Assembly: GCA_038253825.1 (NCBI GenBank)
Contig: JBBSGT010000004.1
Coordinates: 1 to 60,393, forward strand
Length of the DNA stretch: 60,393 nucleotides
Origin: Candidatus Levyibacteriota bacterium
GTDB taxonomy: Bacteria; Patescibacteriota; Microgenomatia; Levybacterales; UBA12049
Reading direction: 5' to 3'
The notes beneath the pieces were generated by a model. That model was not told the DNA's origin, ran no database searches, and was given only the letters and a program-made list of their open reading frames with translations. Position numbers and translations under genes: made by a program. Each line of letters begins with the position of its first letter. Positions within the stretch are counted from its first letter, which is position 1. Below, piece by piece: positions 27,615-37,113 of this stretch.

Positions 27615-28496
27615 ATGAAAAACCGATATAAATTTCTCATACTTTTCCTCATTCTTCTTGATCTTGCCTTGATTGAAAGAATAATGATTGGTACGAGTTT
27701 GGTTCCTATCTTGAATCCACAAGGTATCGTTGCATTGCAGGAACGCAATCTCATTTTTGTAGCAGTATCTTTAATGCTTATTGTCGTTATTCCTGTATTT
27801 GCCCTCGCGTTTTATGTGGGCTGGAAATATCATGCAAACAATACAAAAGCAACCTATATTCCAGATTGGGATCGTAATGATAAACTACAATTTTTCATAT
27901 GGGGTTTCCCTACTTTAATTATTTGTATTCTTGCCGGGATGGTATGGGTCTACGCGCATAAATTAGATCCACATAAAGCACTTGCATCTTCAACAAAACC
28001 GATTACTATCCAAGTTGTTGCGCTTCGGTGGAAGTGGTTATTTATTTATCCTGAGCAAAAGATTGCTACGGTAAATTATGTGGTATTTCCTGAAAAGACA
28101 CCGATTGATTTTGAACTGACTGCGTACGATACTCCGATGAATTCATTTTGGATTCCGCAACTGGGTGGTCAGATCTACGCCATGTCTGGAATGGCAACCC
28201 AAACGCATTTGATGGCAGATGGTATAGGCGAATATCGTGGTTCAAACGCTGAGATCAGCGGCGCAGGGTTTGCAGACATGACGTTTACTGCAAAATCAGT
28301 TTCGCAAAATGATTTTAATTCATGGGTCAGTTCAGTAAAACAGTCGCCCCTCACACTCGATCAAACAGTCGTTGGTAGACTTTCAAAGCCGAGTAAGGAT
28401 ATGCCTCCTACGTCCTACTCGTCGACACAAGACAATCTCTATACTACAATAGTAATAAAATACATGGCTCACCCCACACAAAATATGAAGATGTAA
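27615..28496 (+). CDS. cyoA: cytochrome o (bo3-type) ubiquinol oxidase subunit II
   Basis: Collinear with E. coli CyoA (KPITIQVVALRWKWLFIYPEQKIATVN, MNSFWIPQLGGQIYAMSGM). No CuA Cys/His ligands, as expected for a quinol oxidase. Confidence 0.9.
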   Translation: MKNRYKFLILFLILLDLALIERIMIGTSLVPILNPQGIVALQERNLIFVAVSLMLIVVIPVFALAFYVGWKYHANNTKATYIPDWDRNDKLQFFIWGFPTLIICILAGMVWVYAHKLDPHKALASSTKPITIQVVALRWKWLFIYPEQKIATVNYVVFPEKTPIDFELTAYDTPMNSFWIPQLGGQIYAMSGMATQTHLMADGIGEYRGSNAEISGAGFADMTFTAKSVSQNDFNSWVSSVKQSPLTLDQTVVGRLSKPSKDMPPTSYSSTQDNLYTTIVIKYMAHPTQNMKM

Positions 28497-28497
28497 T

Positions 28498-30495
28498 ATG
28501 CAGCAATTTATTTTCGGAAAACTTACATTAAATGACTTACCACATGAGTGGTTTACTTTGGGTGGAACGGGTGCATTTATTTCATTGGCAATATTATTTG
28601 TCGCGTTCTTTACGTATTTCAAACGCTGGAAATGGCTTTGGAATGAATGGCTGACAACAACAGATCCCAAAAAAATAGGGATTATGTATATTATTGTCGC
28701 ATTTCTTATGTTCCTTCGTGGTGGACTTGATGCCTTGATGATTTGGACACAGCAAGTGCTTGGTGCTGGTAATTCACCAGGGTTTTTAGGAGCCCAACAT
28801 GGTTATCTGAGTGCAGAACATTTTCAGCAAATTTTCACCGCCCACGGGGATATCATGGTTTTCTTTGTGACCATGGGTTTTCTTTTCGGACTTATCAATC
28901 TTATCGTGCCACTACAAATTGGCGCGCGGGATCTTGCCTTTCCATTCTTAAATTCATTAGGTTTTTGGCTTTACTTGGCAGGAGTCGTCATGATCAATAT
29001 GTTCTTTGTTCTTGGGGGCGAATTTGCTGCAACAGGTTGGCTTTCTGTTGCGCCGCTTTCTGAGCTCCAGTTTAATTCTGGAGTAGGAGTGGATTATTGG
29101 ATATGGAGTTTGCAAGTCTCAGGAATTGGAACATTAATTGGTGGTATCAATTTTGTAGTGACTATTTTAAAACTCCGTGCACCTGGGATGACACTCATGC
29201 GGATGCCGATGTTCACATGGGCTTCTTTAATGGGTATGCTACTCGTCGTTACAATCTTTCCCATACTGGCTATGACGATCGTACTTCTCAATCTCGATCG
29301 TTTTATGGGAATGCATTTCTTTACTTTGGATAACGGTGGGAGTCCTATGATGTATTGGAATCTAATTTGGATGTGGGGACATCCTGAAGTGTATGTTCTG
29401 ATAATTCCCGTGTTTGGTATTTATTCAGAGATAGTTTCTACTTTTGCGCAAAAAAGAATCTTTGGATATACATCTTTAGTAGCTGCGGTGGGGGCTATTA
29501 CGCTTCTCTCATTTTCTGTTTGGCTTCATCATTTTTTTACAATGGGTGCCGGTTCAGACGTCAATGCGACTTTTGGTATTGCGACTGAATTTATTGCTAT
29601 ACCAACCGGTGTACAAATTATTAATTGGCTCTTTACGTTGTTCAGAGGGAGAATTATTTTCAAAACGCCTATCTATTGGTTCTATGGGTTCGTAAGTTTG
29701 TTTACTTTTGGTGGTATGGCTGGCGTTTTGATGGGACTTCCTCCAATTGATTTCCAGGTCCATAATAGTTTGTTTTTAGTTGCGCACTTTCATACTATGA
29801 TTGTGAGCGGTGCCCTTTTTGGTATTTTTGCCGGCTTTACGTATTGGTTTCCCAAAATTGCCGGCTTTACATTAAATGAACGTATCGGCAAATATGCTTT
29901 CTGGACGTGGTTCATTGGCTTTTTGGTATCATTTACTCCTCTTTTTATTTTAGGATTTATGGGAGCTACTCGTCGTATCGAGCATTATGATGCTTCCACA
30001 GGCTGGCAGTATCTTTTTATGGTATCGCTTGTCGGGGTGTTGATTATTGCCTGCGCAGTTGGTCTTCAGATACTACAATTGATTGTGAGTATATGGCAAC
30101 GAAAACAAAATCTTGATCTTAGCGGAGATCCATGGAATGGCAGAAGCCTTGAATGGGCGACATCCTCACCACCCCCTTTCTATAATTTTGCGGTGATTCC
30201 ACAGGTCACTAGTCGGGATGCTTTTTGGGAAATGAAAAAAAGTGGGAAAAATAAAGCGCCTATAAAATATGAAGATCTTGAATTACCCAAGAATACACCA
30301 ATGGGAATTTACCTTTCGGCGTTTATTTTTCTTTTTGGACTTGCCATGGTATGGCATGCGACATTATTTATAATCATTGGTTTAATCGGCACGATAAGTT
30401 GTATCATTATTCGTACGTTCGATGACAATAGTGAATATACATTGACAGCAGCAGAAGTGGAAAAGATAGAGAAAAGAATGAGAAAGAGAGAATGA
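28498..30495 (+). CDS. cyoB: cytochrome o ubiquinol oxidase subunit I (heme-copper oxidase)
   Basis: 665 aa. WMWGHPEVYVLIIP, WLHHFFTMG, HNSLFLVAHFH motifs. Starts 1 nt after cyoA. Confidence 0.95.
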   Translation: MQQFIFGKLTLNDLPHEWFTLGGTGAFISLAILFVAFFTYFKRWKWLWNEWLTTTDPKKIGIMYIIVAFLMFLRGGLDALMIWTQQVLGAGNSPGFLGAQHGYLSAEHFQQIFTAHGDIMVFFVTMGFLFGLINLIVPLQIGARDLAFPFLNSLGFWLYLAGVVMINMFFVLGGEFAATGWLSVAPLSELQFNSGVGVDYWIWSLQVSGIGTLIGGINFVVTILKLRAPGMTLMRMPMFTWASLMGMLLVVTIFPILAMTIVLLNLDRFMGMHFFTLDNGGSPMMYWNLIWMWGHPEVYVLIIPVFGIYSEIVSTFAQKRIFGYTSLVAAVGAITLLSFSVWLHHFFTMGAGSDVNATFGIATEFIAIPTGVQIINWLFTLFRGRIIFKTPIYWFYGFVSLFTFGGMAGVLMGLPPIDFQVHNSLFLVAHFHTMIVSGALFGIFAGFTYWFPKIAGFTLNERIGKYAFWTWFIGFLVSFTPLFILGFMGATRRIEHYDASTGWQYLFMVSLVGVLIIACAVGLQILQLIVSIWQRKQNLDLSGDPWNGRSLEWATSSPPPFYNFAVIPQVTSRDAFWEMKKSGKNKAPIKYEDLELPKNTPMGIYLSAFIFLFGLAMVWHATLFIIIGLIGTISCIIIRTFDDNSEYTLTAAEVEKIEKRMRKRE

Positions 30496-30525
30496 AGAAT
30501 TAATGTTTATATTAAATCTATAATT

Positions 30526-31134
30526 ATGTCATTAGCAAAAACTATACCAAATCAAGACGTGGCTCATCACCAGGCGTTAGCAACAGACAAAACTGTTTTC
30601 GGTTTTTGGGTCTATCTTATGACCGATTTATTGATGTTTGGTGTTCTGTTTGCCACTTACTCTGTTCTCCATGGAAATATCTTTAATGGTCCTTCAGGAC
30701 ATGAAATTTTCAGTTTACCGTTCGCGCTTTTAGAAACAATGATTTTGCTTACCAGTAGTTTTACATGTGGACTTGCTATGCTTGCGGTGCGCAAAAACGC
30801 CAAGAACCAAGTGCTACTCTGGCTAGGGATAACGTTCTTGTTAGGTTTAGCATTTTTAGGGCTAGAATTTAGTGAATTCAGTAAACTTATTTCAGAAGGT
30901 AATAGTTGGCAACGCAGCGCCTTTCTCTCATCTTTCTTTACGCTTGTCGGTACACACGGTTTGCATATTACATCAGGATTATTGTGGATGTTAATTTGTA
31001 TGATAAAGGTTAAGTCTCAAGGACTTAATGTAAATATTGCCAGAAAACTGACGCTTTTCAGTTTGTTTTGGCATTTCTTGGATATCGTATGGATTTTTAT
31101 TTTTACTATTGTCTATTTAATGGGCGCGATATAG
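30526..31134 (+). CDS. cyoC: cytochrome o ubiquinol oxidase subunit III
   Basis: FGFWVYLMTDLLMFGVLFATY and WHFLDIVWIFIFTIVY match CyoC. Confidence 0.9.
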   Translation: MSLAKTIPNQDVAHHQALATDKTVFGFWVYLMTDLLMFGVLFATYSVLHGNIFNGPSGHEIFSLPFALLETMILLTSSFTCGLAMLAVRKNAKNQVLLWLGITFLLGLAFLGLEFSEFSKLISEGNSWQRSAFLSSFFTLVGTHGLHITSGLLWMLICMIKVKSQGLNVNIARKLTLFSLFWHFLDIVWIFIFTIVYLMGAI

Positions 31135-31149
31135 GAGTGAAAAGTTTTT

Positions 31150-31524
31150 ATGAATAAGAAAGAAGAAATACAAATTAAGCAAATCGAACACCCTGGTACA
31201 TTAAAATCATATGTGACAGGATTTGTTTTATCAATTGTATTAACCATTATCCCCTATCTTATAGTAATCAACCATATTGTCAGTGGTGCCTTTATTGTGG
31301 CAGTCGTTATTTGTTTTGCATTTGCACAACTTGCAGTTCAGTTGCTGTTTTTCCTACATATGCGAGAGGAAGCAAAACCAAGACTTAATTTACTTATTTT
31401 TATTTCGTTTGCAAGTATTATACTTATTGTCGTTGTTGCATCAATTTGGATTATGCAACATTTGAATTACAATATGAATCTTATTCAGCTAAATAATGAG
31501 ATGAAATATGGTGAAGGCTTCTAA
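31150..31524 (+). CDS. cyoD: cytochrome o ubiquinol oxidase subunit IV
   Basis: 124 aa. LKSYVTGFVLSIVLTIIPY and QLLFFLHM match CyoD. Confidence 0.85.
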   Translation: MNKKEEIQIKQIEHPGTLKSYVTGFVLSIVLTIIPYLIVINHIVSGAFIVAVVICFAFAQLAVQLLFFLHMREEAKPRLNLLIFISFASIILIVVVASIWIMQHLNYNMNLIQLNNEMKYGEGF

Positions 31525-31542
31525 TATTATTTTTACTTAAAA

Positions 31543-32397
31543 TTGATTAAAGCATATTATACCCTTACAAAACCCGGAATTATTTACGGAAATGCCTTAA
31601 CTGCTGCCGGCGGTTTTTTTCTTGCGGCTCATGGGATTATCAATATTAGTTTGTTCTTTGCAATGCTTTTTGGATTGTCGTGCATTATCGCTTCTGCTTG
31701 TGTTTTTAATAATATTCTGGACCGAAATATTGATGCAAAAATGAAACGTACCAAGTTTCGTCCTCTTGTCCAGAAAGTAATTACTGTCAAACAAGCATTT
31801 ATTTTTGCAAGTTTCTTAAGTATTATTGGTACATTGATTTTAAGTTTGTACACAAATTCGTTGACGCTCTCTTTTGCTTTGTTGGGTTTATTTTTTTATG
31901 TTGTTGTCTATGGCATCGCAAAGCGATATACCGTTCATAGTACGATTATCGGATGTATCTCTGGCGCCTTACCCCCTGTTGTGGGTTATTGCAGTGTGAC
32001 GAATCAATTTGACCTAGTAGCATTTTTCCTTTTTACGATTCTTATTTTTTGGCAAATGCCTCATTTCTATGCAATTGGGATGTTCCGTTTGGAAGAATAT
32101 AAAACAGCAGGTTTGCCAATTTGGCCTTCTGTTAAAGGGGCAGAAAATACAAAGCAAAAAATTATTGTATATGTTGTGGGATTTTTAACAACTATTAGTT
32201 TGCTTACTGCATTTCATTTCATTGGCTATATTTATCTGTTTGTCATGGTTACGATTAGTTTATTATGGTTATTAAAAGGTATACGTGGTTTTGGTTTACA
32301 ACAGGATATTGCATGGGCAAAGTCTATGTTTCTTTTTTCGCTTGTCGTTATTACTGTTTTTTCAGTGATGATTTCTGTTGGGCCTGTTCTTCCTTAG
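31543..32397 (+). CDS. cyoE: protoheme IX farnesyltransferase (heme O synthase)
   Basis: TKPGIIYGNALTAAGGFFLA, NNILDRNIDAKMKRT, UbiA-type polyprenyltransferase. TTG start. Confidence 0.9.
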   Translation: MIKAYYTLTKPGIIYGNALTAAGGFFLAAHGIINISLFFAMLFGLSCIIASACVFNNILDRNIDAKMKRTKFRPLVQKVITVKQAFIFASFLSIIGTLILSLYTNSLTLSFALLGLFFYVVVYGIAKRYTVHSTIIGCISGALPPVVGYCSVTNQFDLVAFFLFTILIFWQMPHFYAIGMFRLEEYKTAGLPIWPSVKGAENTKQKIIVYVVGFLTTISLLTAFHFIGYIYLFVMVTISLLWLLKGIRGFGLQQDIAWAKSMFLFSLVVITVFSVMISVGPVLP

Positions 32398-32398
32398 T

Positions 32399-33466
32399 AT
32401 GAATGAGAATGAATTGCGAGCTTTACGGATTGCCAATCAACAACTTAGCACATCCCACTTTGAAACTCCCGAAGAACTCGTTTCTTGGTTTGGTGCAGTC
32501 CAAGCGCAGGATTATTATGGTTCGTTATGGGGAATTGGATTGCGTTTAAGAAACACCACGCAAGCAGCTGTTGAGAAGTCTCTCACTGAAAGGAAAATAG
32601 TTAGAAGTTGGCCGATGCGTGGTACACTCCATTTTACAGCAGCAGAAGATCTCAAATGGCTATTAAAACTTCTTGCACAACGTGTCACAAATCAAAATGC
32701 TTTTCGCTATCGACAATTAGAACTAGACGAAGAAATATTTAACAAGAGTAGGAAAAATATTGAAACGGCACTGGCAGGAAATAAACAATTGTCCAGACCG
32801 GAAATCTATAAGCTTCTTAATGATGCAAATATTGTGACGTATGATCAGCGTGGCATTCATATTTTGGGAAAACTTGCTCGAGAATGTGTGATTTGCTTTG
32901 GAGTAAAGCATGGAAAACAGCAAACATTTGTCTTATTTGATGAATGGATATCCTCTTCAAAAGAATTAACCAAAGTAGAATCGCTTGCCGAGTTAGCCAA
33001 ACGCTATTTTCAAAGTCACGGTCCAGCGACATTGCAAGATTTTGTTTGGTGGACAGGATTGACTATGGCAGATGCAAAAATAGGTCTCGAAACAATTAAA
33101 ACACAATTCGAATCCGCAGATTTCAATGGGCATACTTATTGGTTTCCTCGCCCAAAGAATATTTTAAAAATACCATCTGAAGTATTGCTTCTGCCTTCAT
33201 ATGATGAATATACAGTTGCGTATAAAGATCGAAGCGCAGTTCTCGATCCTCAACATGCTAAAAATAACGATACCGGAAATGGCATCTTTCATCCGCCAAT
33301 TGTCATAGATGGGCAAGTTGTTGGACTTTGGAAAAGAGCTATCAATAAAAAAGGAGTTCACATTGAGAAAATATTATTTCGTGAGTTATCCTCTCAAGAG
33401 TCGCAGTTGTTTGACGTTAGTGCTCAAGGATATGCAAACTTCATCAAATCAATTTATCTTCAATAA
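32399..33466 (+). CDS. winged-helix DUF1006 protein, AlkZ/YcaQ-family DNA glycosylase-like
   Basis: FGAVQAQDYYGSLWGIGLR (QxQ motif), RSWPMRGTLHF, YVLPILvG-like C-terminal IVIDGQVVGLWK. ATG lies 2 nt after the cyoE stop. Confidence 0.75.
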   Translation: MNENELRALRIANQQLSTSHFETPEELVSWFGAVQAQDYYGSLWGIGLRLRNTTQAAVEKSLTERKIVRSWPMRGTLHFTAAEDLKWLLKLLAQRVTNQNAFRYRQLELDEEIFNKSRKNIETALAGNKQLSRPEIYKLLNDANIVTYDQRGIHILGKLARECVICFGVKHGKQQTFVLFDEWISSSKELTKVESLAELAKRYFQSHGPATLQDFVWWTGLTMADAKIGLETIKTQFESADFNGHTYWFPRPKNILKIPSEVLLLPSYDEYTVAYKDRSAVLDPQHAKNNDTGNGIFHPPIVIDGQVVGLWKRAINKKGVHIEKILFRELSSQESQLFDVSAQGYANFIKSIYLQ

Positions 33467-33520
33467 AACAATCTCTAAGTAAAGATTGTATTGCATCCAT
33501 GCAATTGTAATAATGATACT

Positions 33521-35659
33521 ATGCAGCGTTTGACTCACCGGCAATATGCTCGACATAAAAAACATGCTTTTACTAATATAATGCTTGTCATGTTGCTTTT
33601 TGTTGGTATTGTTATCCCTGTAAACTTTCTTCAATCACAAATTCATGATCTTCGTTCGCGCGCTTCCAGCCCGATGGCTGATATAACAGGAAAAGTTAGT
33701 ATTGTTTCTGATTTACCCTCAAAGTATTATCTCATAACATCAGATAACAAGATTATTCAGCTAAATATTATTGACTCGACGCTTACGCGTAACCTTTTCC
33801 CGGGTGAGCAAATTATAGTTCACGGCCGACTGCATAATAAGAGTGTTGATGTCGCAACTTTGAAAACTCTCACTTCTCATGGAACAAAAACACAAATGCT
33901 ATCCAATGGAATAGGCCAAAATATGGTGCCAAAATTAAGTAAAACGGCAGTAATCTTATTTAATTTTGCCAATAATCCTCTTCAGATATATCCAAAAACT
34001 GACATAGAAAAGGCATTTACGAGTAACCCGGATTCTATCAAGAATTATTATTTGGGAGTTTCTTATGGAAAGGCTGTCATGCAAGGGAAAAATAATCCTG
34101 ATATTGACGTCTTTGATTGGATCACTCTTCCAACCAACCTTCCTACAATTCCACAAGGTGGTCTTGTCTGTTCTTTAGATCAACTGAAGACGTGGTCCGA
34201 TAGCGCACGGCAAATACTGCAAAGTTCAGGAAAAAATCTCGATGGTTATGATAAATATGCATATATTTTCCCATTGCCACATGGCTGTAATAATTTCGGC
34301 GGAATAACTTCTCTTGACAGTATCACCACGAGTAGTTGGTTTCCTTTAGATAATACCTTGAATTTCCCTATTTCTTCGTGGAGATATCTTTTCTTGCATG
34401 AATTTGGTCATACCTTTGGGATGGATCATGCACATCAATATGATTGTCATGACGAGAACAATAAGAAAGTGCCAATAAGTAATAGGTGTGACAGTAGCAG
34501 CCCGGAAGCATATGAACCTTTGGGAATAGGTGTTGGTGAACCAAACGCGTATCATAAAGAAAAGGTCGGCTGGTTATCAGCCCCAAATATTACAACTATT
34601 GATAAAAGTGGAACCTACTCGCTCTCACCAATCGAAGGAAAAACCGATCAGGTACAAGCGTTAAAGATTCCTGCAGGTACAAAGGATGCAGAAGGAATTC
34701 AACAATATTATTATGTGGAGTTTCGTCAACAACTAGGCTTTGATAAGGCGAGTAATTTTTTCATACTTAACAATACACCACTCAGTTCAAATCTTTTTAA
34801 TGGTGTTACTGTCCATCTTGCTCCGATTGGCTGCGCTTCAGAAATGGTCGGTTGCGATTCGGCGTTAGTAACTATGGATCCCAATACCAAAACCGGTCAA
34901 AATGCAGCATTGGAAACAGGAAATGTATTTACCGATGCAGCTCACAAAATTTCTTTAAGAACTGAGTCGATTTCAAATACGAAAGCAACTGTGACCATAC
35001 AGTTGGGTGAAATCTTATTACCTACCCCAACCGTAACGAGTGCTTTCTATTCCCCAACCAATGGTGTGCCGGACTCCAATCTTACGTCTCTTTCTTTTAC
35101 AATCTTACTTCATGGAATAGGAACTGCGGGTGATATCCTTAATCCTTCTGTTGCCAGTTTTAGTAATAAATCGCCTCTCACCCAACAACGTGATATGCAA
35201 GTAACACTTTATGACGGAGCAAAGAAACAACTTTTAGCAAAAACAATCCAGATAAAATATGATAGTACAATAGGAGCTTTTGCAGGAAAACTTGCTACAG
35301 ATTCTTCATTACAAAATAGCACATATTCCATTAAACTTCAGGTGCCTGGTTTTATTCCAAATAGTACCCACTTTACAGTATCAGGACAATCTATAACCGT
35401 TGCTCCAATAACTCTTACAACAGGAGATATAAATAATGATGCAGCACTCAATGTTATTGACTATAATGCACTTCTTGATTGTGGTTACGGTGCTATTAGT
35501 CCGCTACCGATGTCTGATCCAAAATCGCTGAGTAACAGTTCACCTTGTCGTTCACATACACCAACAGGTTTGGTGGACATAAATGATGACGGAGTTCTTA
35601 ATAGCAGTGATTATAATCTTTTTTTGCGAGAGATGACCGGAGTTTCGACGAAAAATTAA
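33521..35659 (+). CDS. membrane-anchored/secreted metzincin-like zinc metalloprotease with C-terminal dockerin-like repeats
   Basis: N-terminal TM, HEFGHTFGMDHA (HExxHxxGxxH), and C-terminal GDINNDAALNVIDYNALL and VDINDDGVLNSSDYNLFL Ca-binding repeats. Confidence 0.7.
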   Translation: MQRLTHRQYARHKKHAFTNIMLVMLLFVGIVIPVNFLQSQIHDLRSRASSPMADITGKVSIVSDLPSKYYLITSDNKIIQLNIIDSTLTRNLFPGEQIIVHGRLHNKSVDVATLKTLTSHGTKTQMLSNGIGQNMVPKLSKTAVILFNFANNPLQIYPKTDIEKAFTSNPDSIKNYYLGVSYGKAVMQGKNNPDIDVFDWITLPTNLPTIPQGGLVCSLDQLKTWSDSARQILQSSGKNLDGYDKYAYIFPLPHGCNNFGGITSLDSITTSSWFPLDNTLNFPISSWRYLFLHEFGHTFGMDHAHQYDCHDENNKKVPISNRCDSSSPEAYEPLGIGVGEPNAYHKEKVGWLSAPNITTIDKSGTYSLSPIEGKTDQVQALKIPAGTKDAEGIQQYYYVEFRQQLGFDKASNFFILNNTPLSSNLFNGVTVHLAPIGCASEMVGCDSALVTMDPNTKTGQNAALETGNVFTDAAHKISLRTESISNTKATVTIQLGEILLPTPTVTSAFYSPTNGVPDSNLTSLSFTILLHGIGTAGDILNPSVASFSNKSPLTQQRDMQVTLYDGAKKQLLAKTIQIKYDSTIGAFAGKLATDSSLQNSTYSIKLQVPGFIPNSTHFTVSGQSITVAPITLTTGDINNDAALNVIDYNALLDCGYGAISPLPMSDPKSLSNSSPCRSHTPTGLVDINDDGVLNSSDYNLFLREMTGVSTKN

Positions 35660-36387
35660 ATACTGGATAAATTAAAAAGCCGTCCAATACCATAGGTAAC
35701 AATCATTGCAATAGCCCCTCCAATTACCACTCGTACGACTGCTCTACCAACCGATGCTTTGCCAATTTTGGCACTTGTCGTACCGGTAATAATCAAGGCA
35801 AGGATGACCGCGATAAATGTGACAGGAATCTTTAAGTGTTGTGGTGTCAGTATCACGGCAATCAAAGGAATAAGTGCACCAACAGTAAACGAAACAGCTG
35901 AAGCAAAAGCTGCGTGCCAAGGATTTATTAAATCATCCGGATTAATACCTAGCTCGGCATCGATATGTGCTGCGTATGCGTCTTTTTTTGAAAGCTCTTT
36001 GGCAACTCTCATGGCAGTTTCGTGCGAAAGACCTTTCGATTCATAAATACAGGCAAGTTCTTCGAGTTCTCCTTTGGGATTATTCTCTATCTCATACTTT
36101 TCTTTTTTCAGTAATGCACGTTCTGTATCTCTCGAACTGCTTACTGAGACATACTCCCCAGCTGCCATAGAAATTGCACCCGCAATAAGTCCGGCCATAC
36201 CAGCAGTAAGAATAATTTGTGCATTATTCGTAGCTCCCGCTACTCCTGCAACAATTCCAGCGACAGAGACAATGCCGTCGTTTGCTCCCAGTACAGATGC
36301 ACGTAACCAATTGAGTTTTGCGGCCGTTGAGGAAATATGCGGATTTGAATTCTCTTTCTGCTCTTTATGATGTTCTTGGTGTTCCAT
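35656..36387 (-). CDS. VIT1/CCC1 family iron/manganese transporter
   Basis: LNWLRASVLGANDGIVSVAGIVAGVAGA plus a C-terminal TM bundle. Confidence 0.85.
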   Translation of the reverse strand: MEHQEHHKEQKENSNPHISSTAAKLNWLRASVLGANDGIVSVAGIVAGVAGATNNAQIILTAGMAGLIAGAISMAAGEYVSVSSSRDTERALLKKEKYEIENNPKGELEELACIYESKGLSHETAMRVAKELSKKDAYAAHIDAELGINPDDLINPWHAAFASAVSFTVGALIPLIAVILTPQHLKIPVTFIAVILALIITGTTSAKIGKASVGRAVVRVVIGGAIAMIVTYGIGRLFNLSSI

Positions 36388-36447
36388 AAGTATATTATAG
36401 CAAAGAGAGACTTGTTTATTCTGCAAAACAATTCTATGATAATAAAC

Positions 36448-37113
36448 ATGAGCGATGTGAGAATTGATCCGTCATGGAAGACAGCATTGGAAAATGAGTT
36501 TAATGCATCTTATTGGAAGGATCTTACAACGTACGTCCGCGAAGAATATAAAACAAAAACTATCTATCCTCCGGCCACAAATATTTTTCGTGCCTTTGAT
36601 CTCTGTCCCTTTGATAAAGTAAAAGTCGTGATTGTTGGTCAGGATCCCTATCATGGAGTCCGTCAAGCAAATGGTTTATCTTTTTCCGTCAATGACGGTA
36701 TCCCACTTCCTCCGTCATTGCAAAATATTTATAAAGAAATTTCCAATGATTTAGGCATACAGCCTTCACAGTCAGGAGAATTGACACGGTGGGCCAAACA
36801 AGGAGTCCTCATGCTCAACAGTGTGTTAACTGTTTTAGCGTCACATCCGGCATCTCATGCTGGTAAAGGATGGGAACAATTTACTGACGCAGTAATTCAT
36901 ACGCTCAATAAAAATCATAAACATATCGTATACATGCTATGGGGAAAATATGCACAAAATAAAGGAACAGTTATTGATCGAGAAAAGAATTTAGTGTTAA
37001 TTTCCGGACATCCATCACCCTTTTCTGCCACACTTTTTTACAACAAACACCACTTTAGCCAATGCAATGATTATCTCAAAAGAAACGGAATGACACCTAT
37101 AGATTGGCATTAA
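36448..37113 (+). CDS. ung: uracil-DNA glycosylase (family 1)
   Basis: VVIVGQDPYHG..QANGLSFSV, GVLMLNSVLTV, GHPSPFSA. Confidence 0.9.
   Translation: MSDVRIDPSWKTALENEFNASYWKDLTTYVREEYKTKTIYPPATNIFRAFDLCPFDKVKVVIVGQDPYHGVRQANGLSFSVNDGIPLPPSLQNIYKEISNDLGIQPSQSGELTRWAKQGVLMLNSVLTVLASHPASHAGKGWEQFTDAVIHTLNKNHKHIVYMLWGKYAQNKGTVIDREKNLVLISGHPSPFSATLFYNKHHFSQCNDYLKRNGMTPIDWH

Noticed and set aside
33467-33489. Hairpin ACAATCT-ctaagtaa-AGATTGT after the AlkZ-like gene, considered as a terminator.
   Set aside because: It is a 7-bp AT-rich stem with no U-tract, directly followed by the next gene's start region. The evidence is too weak to call.
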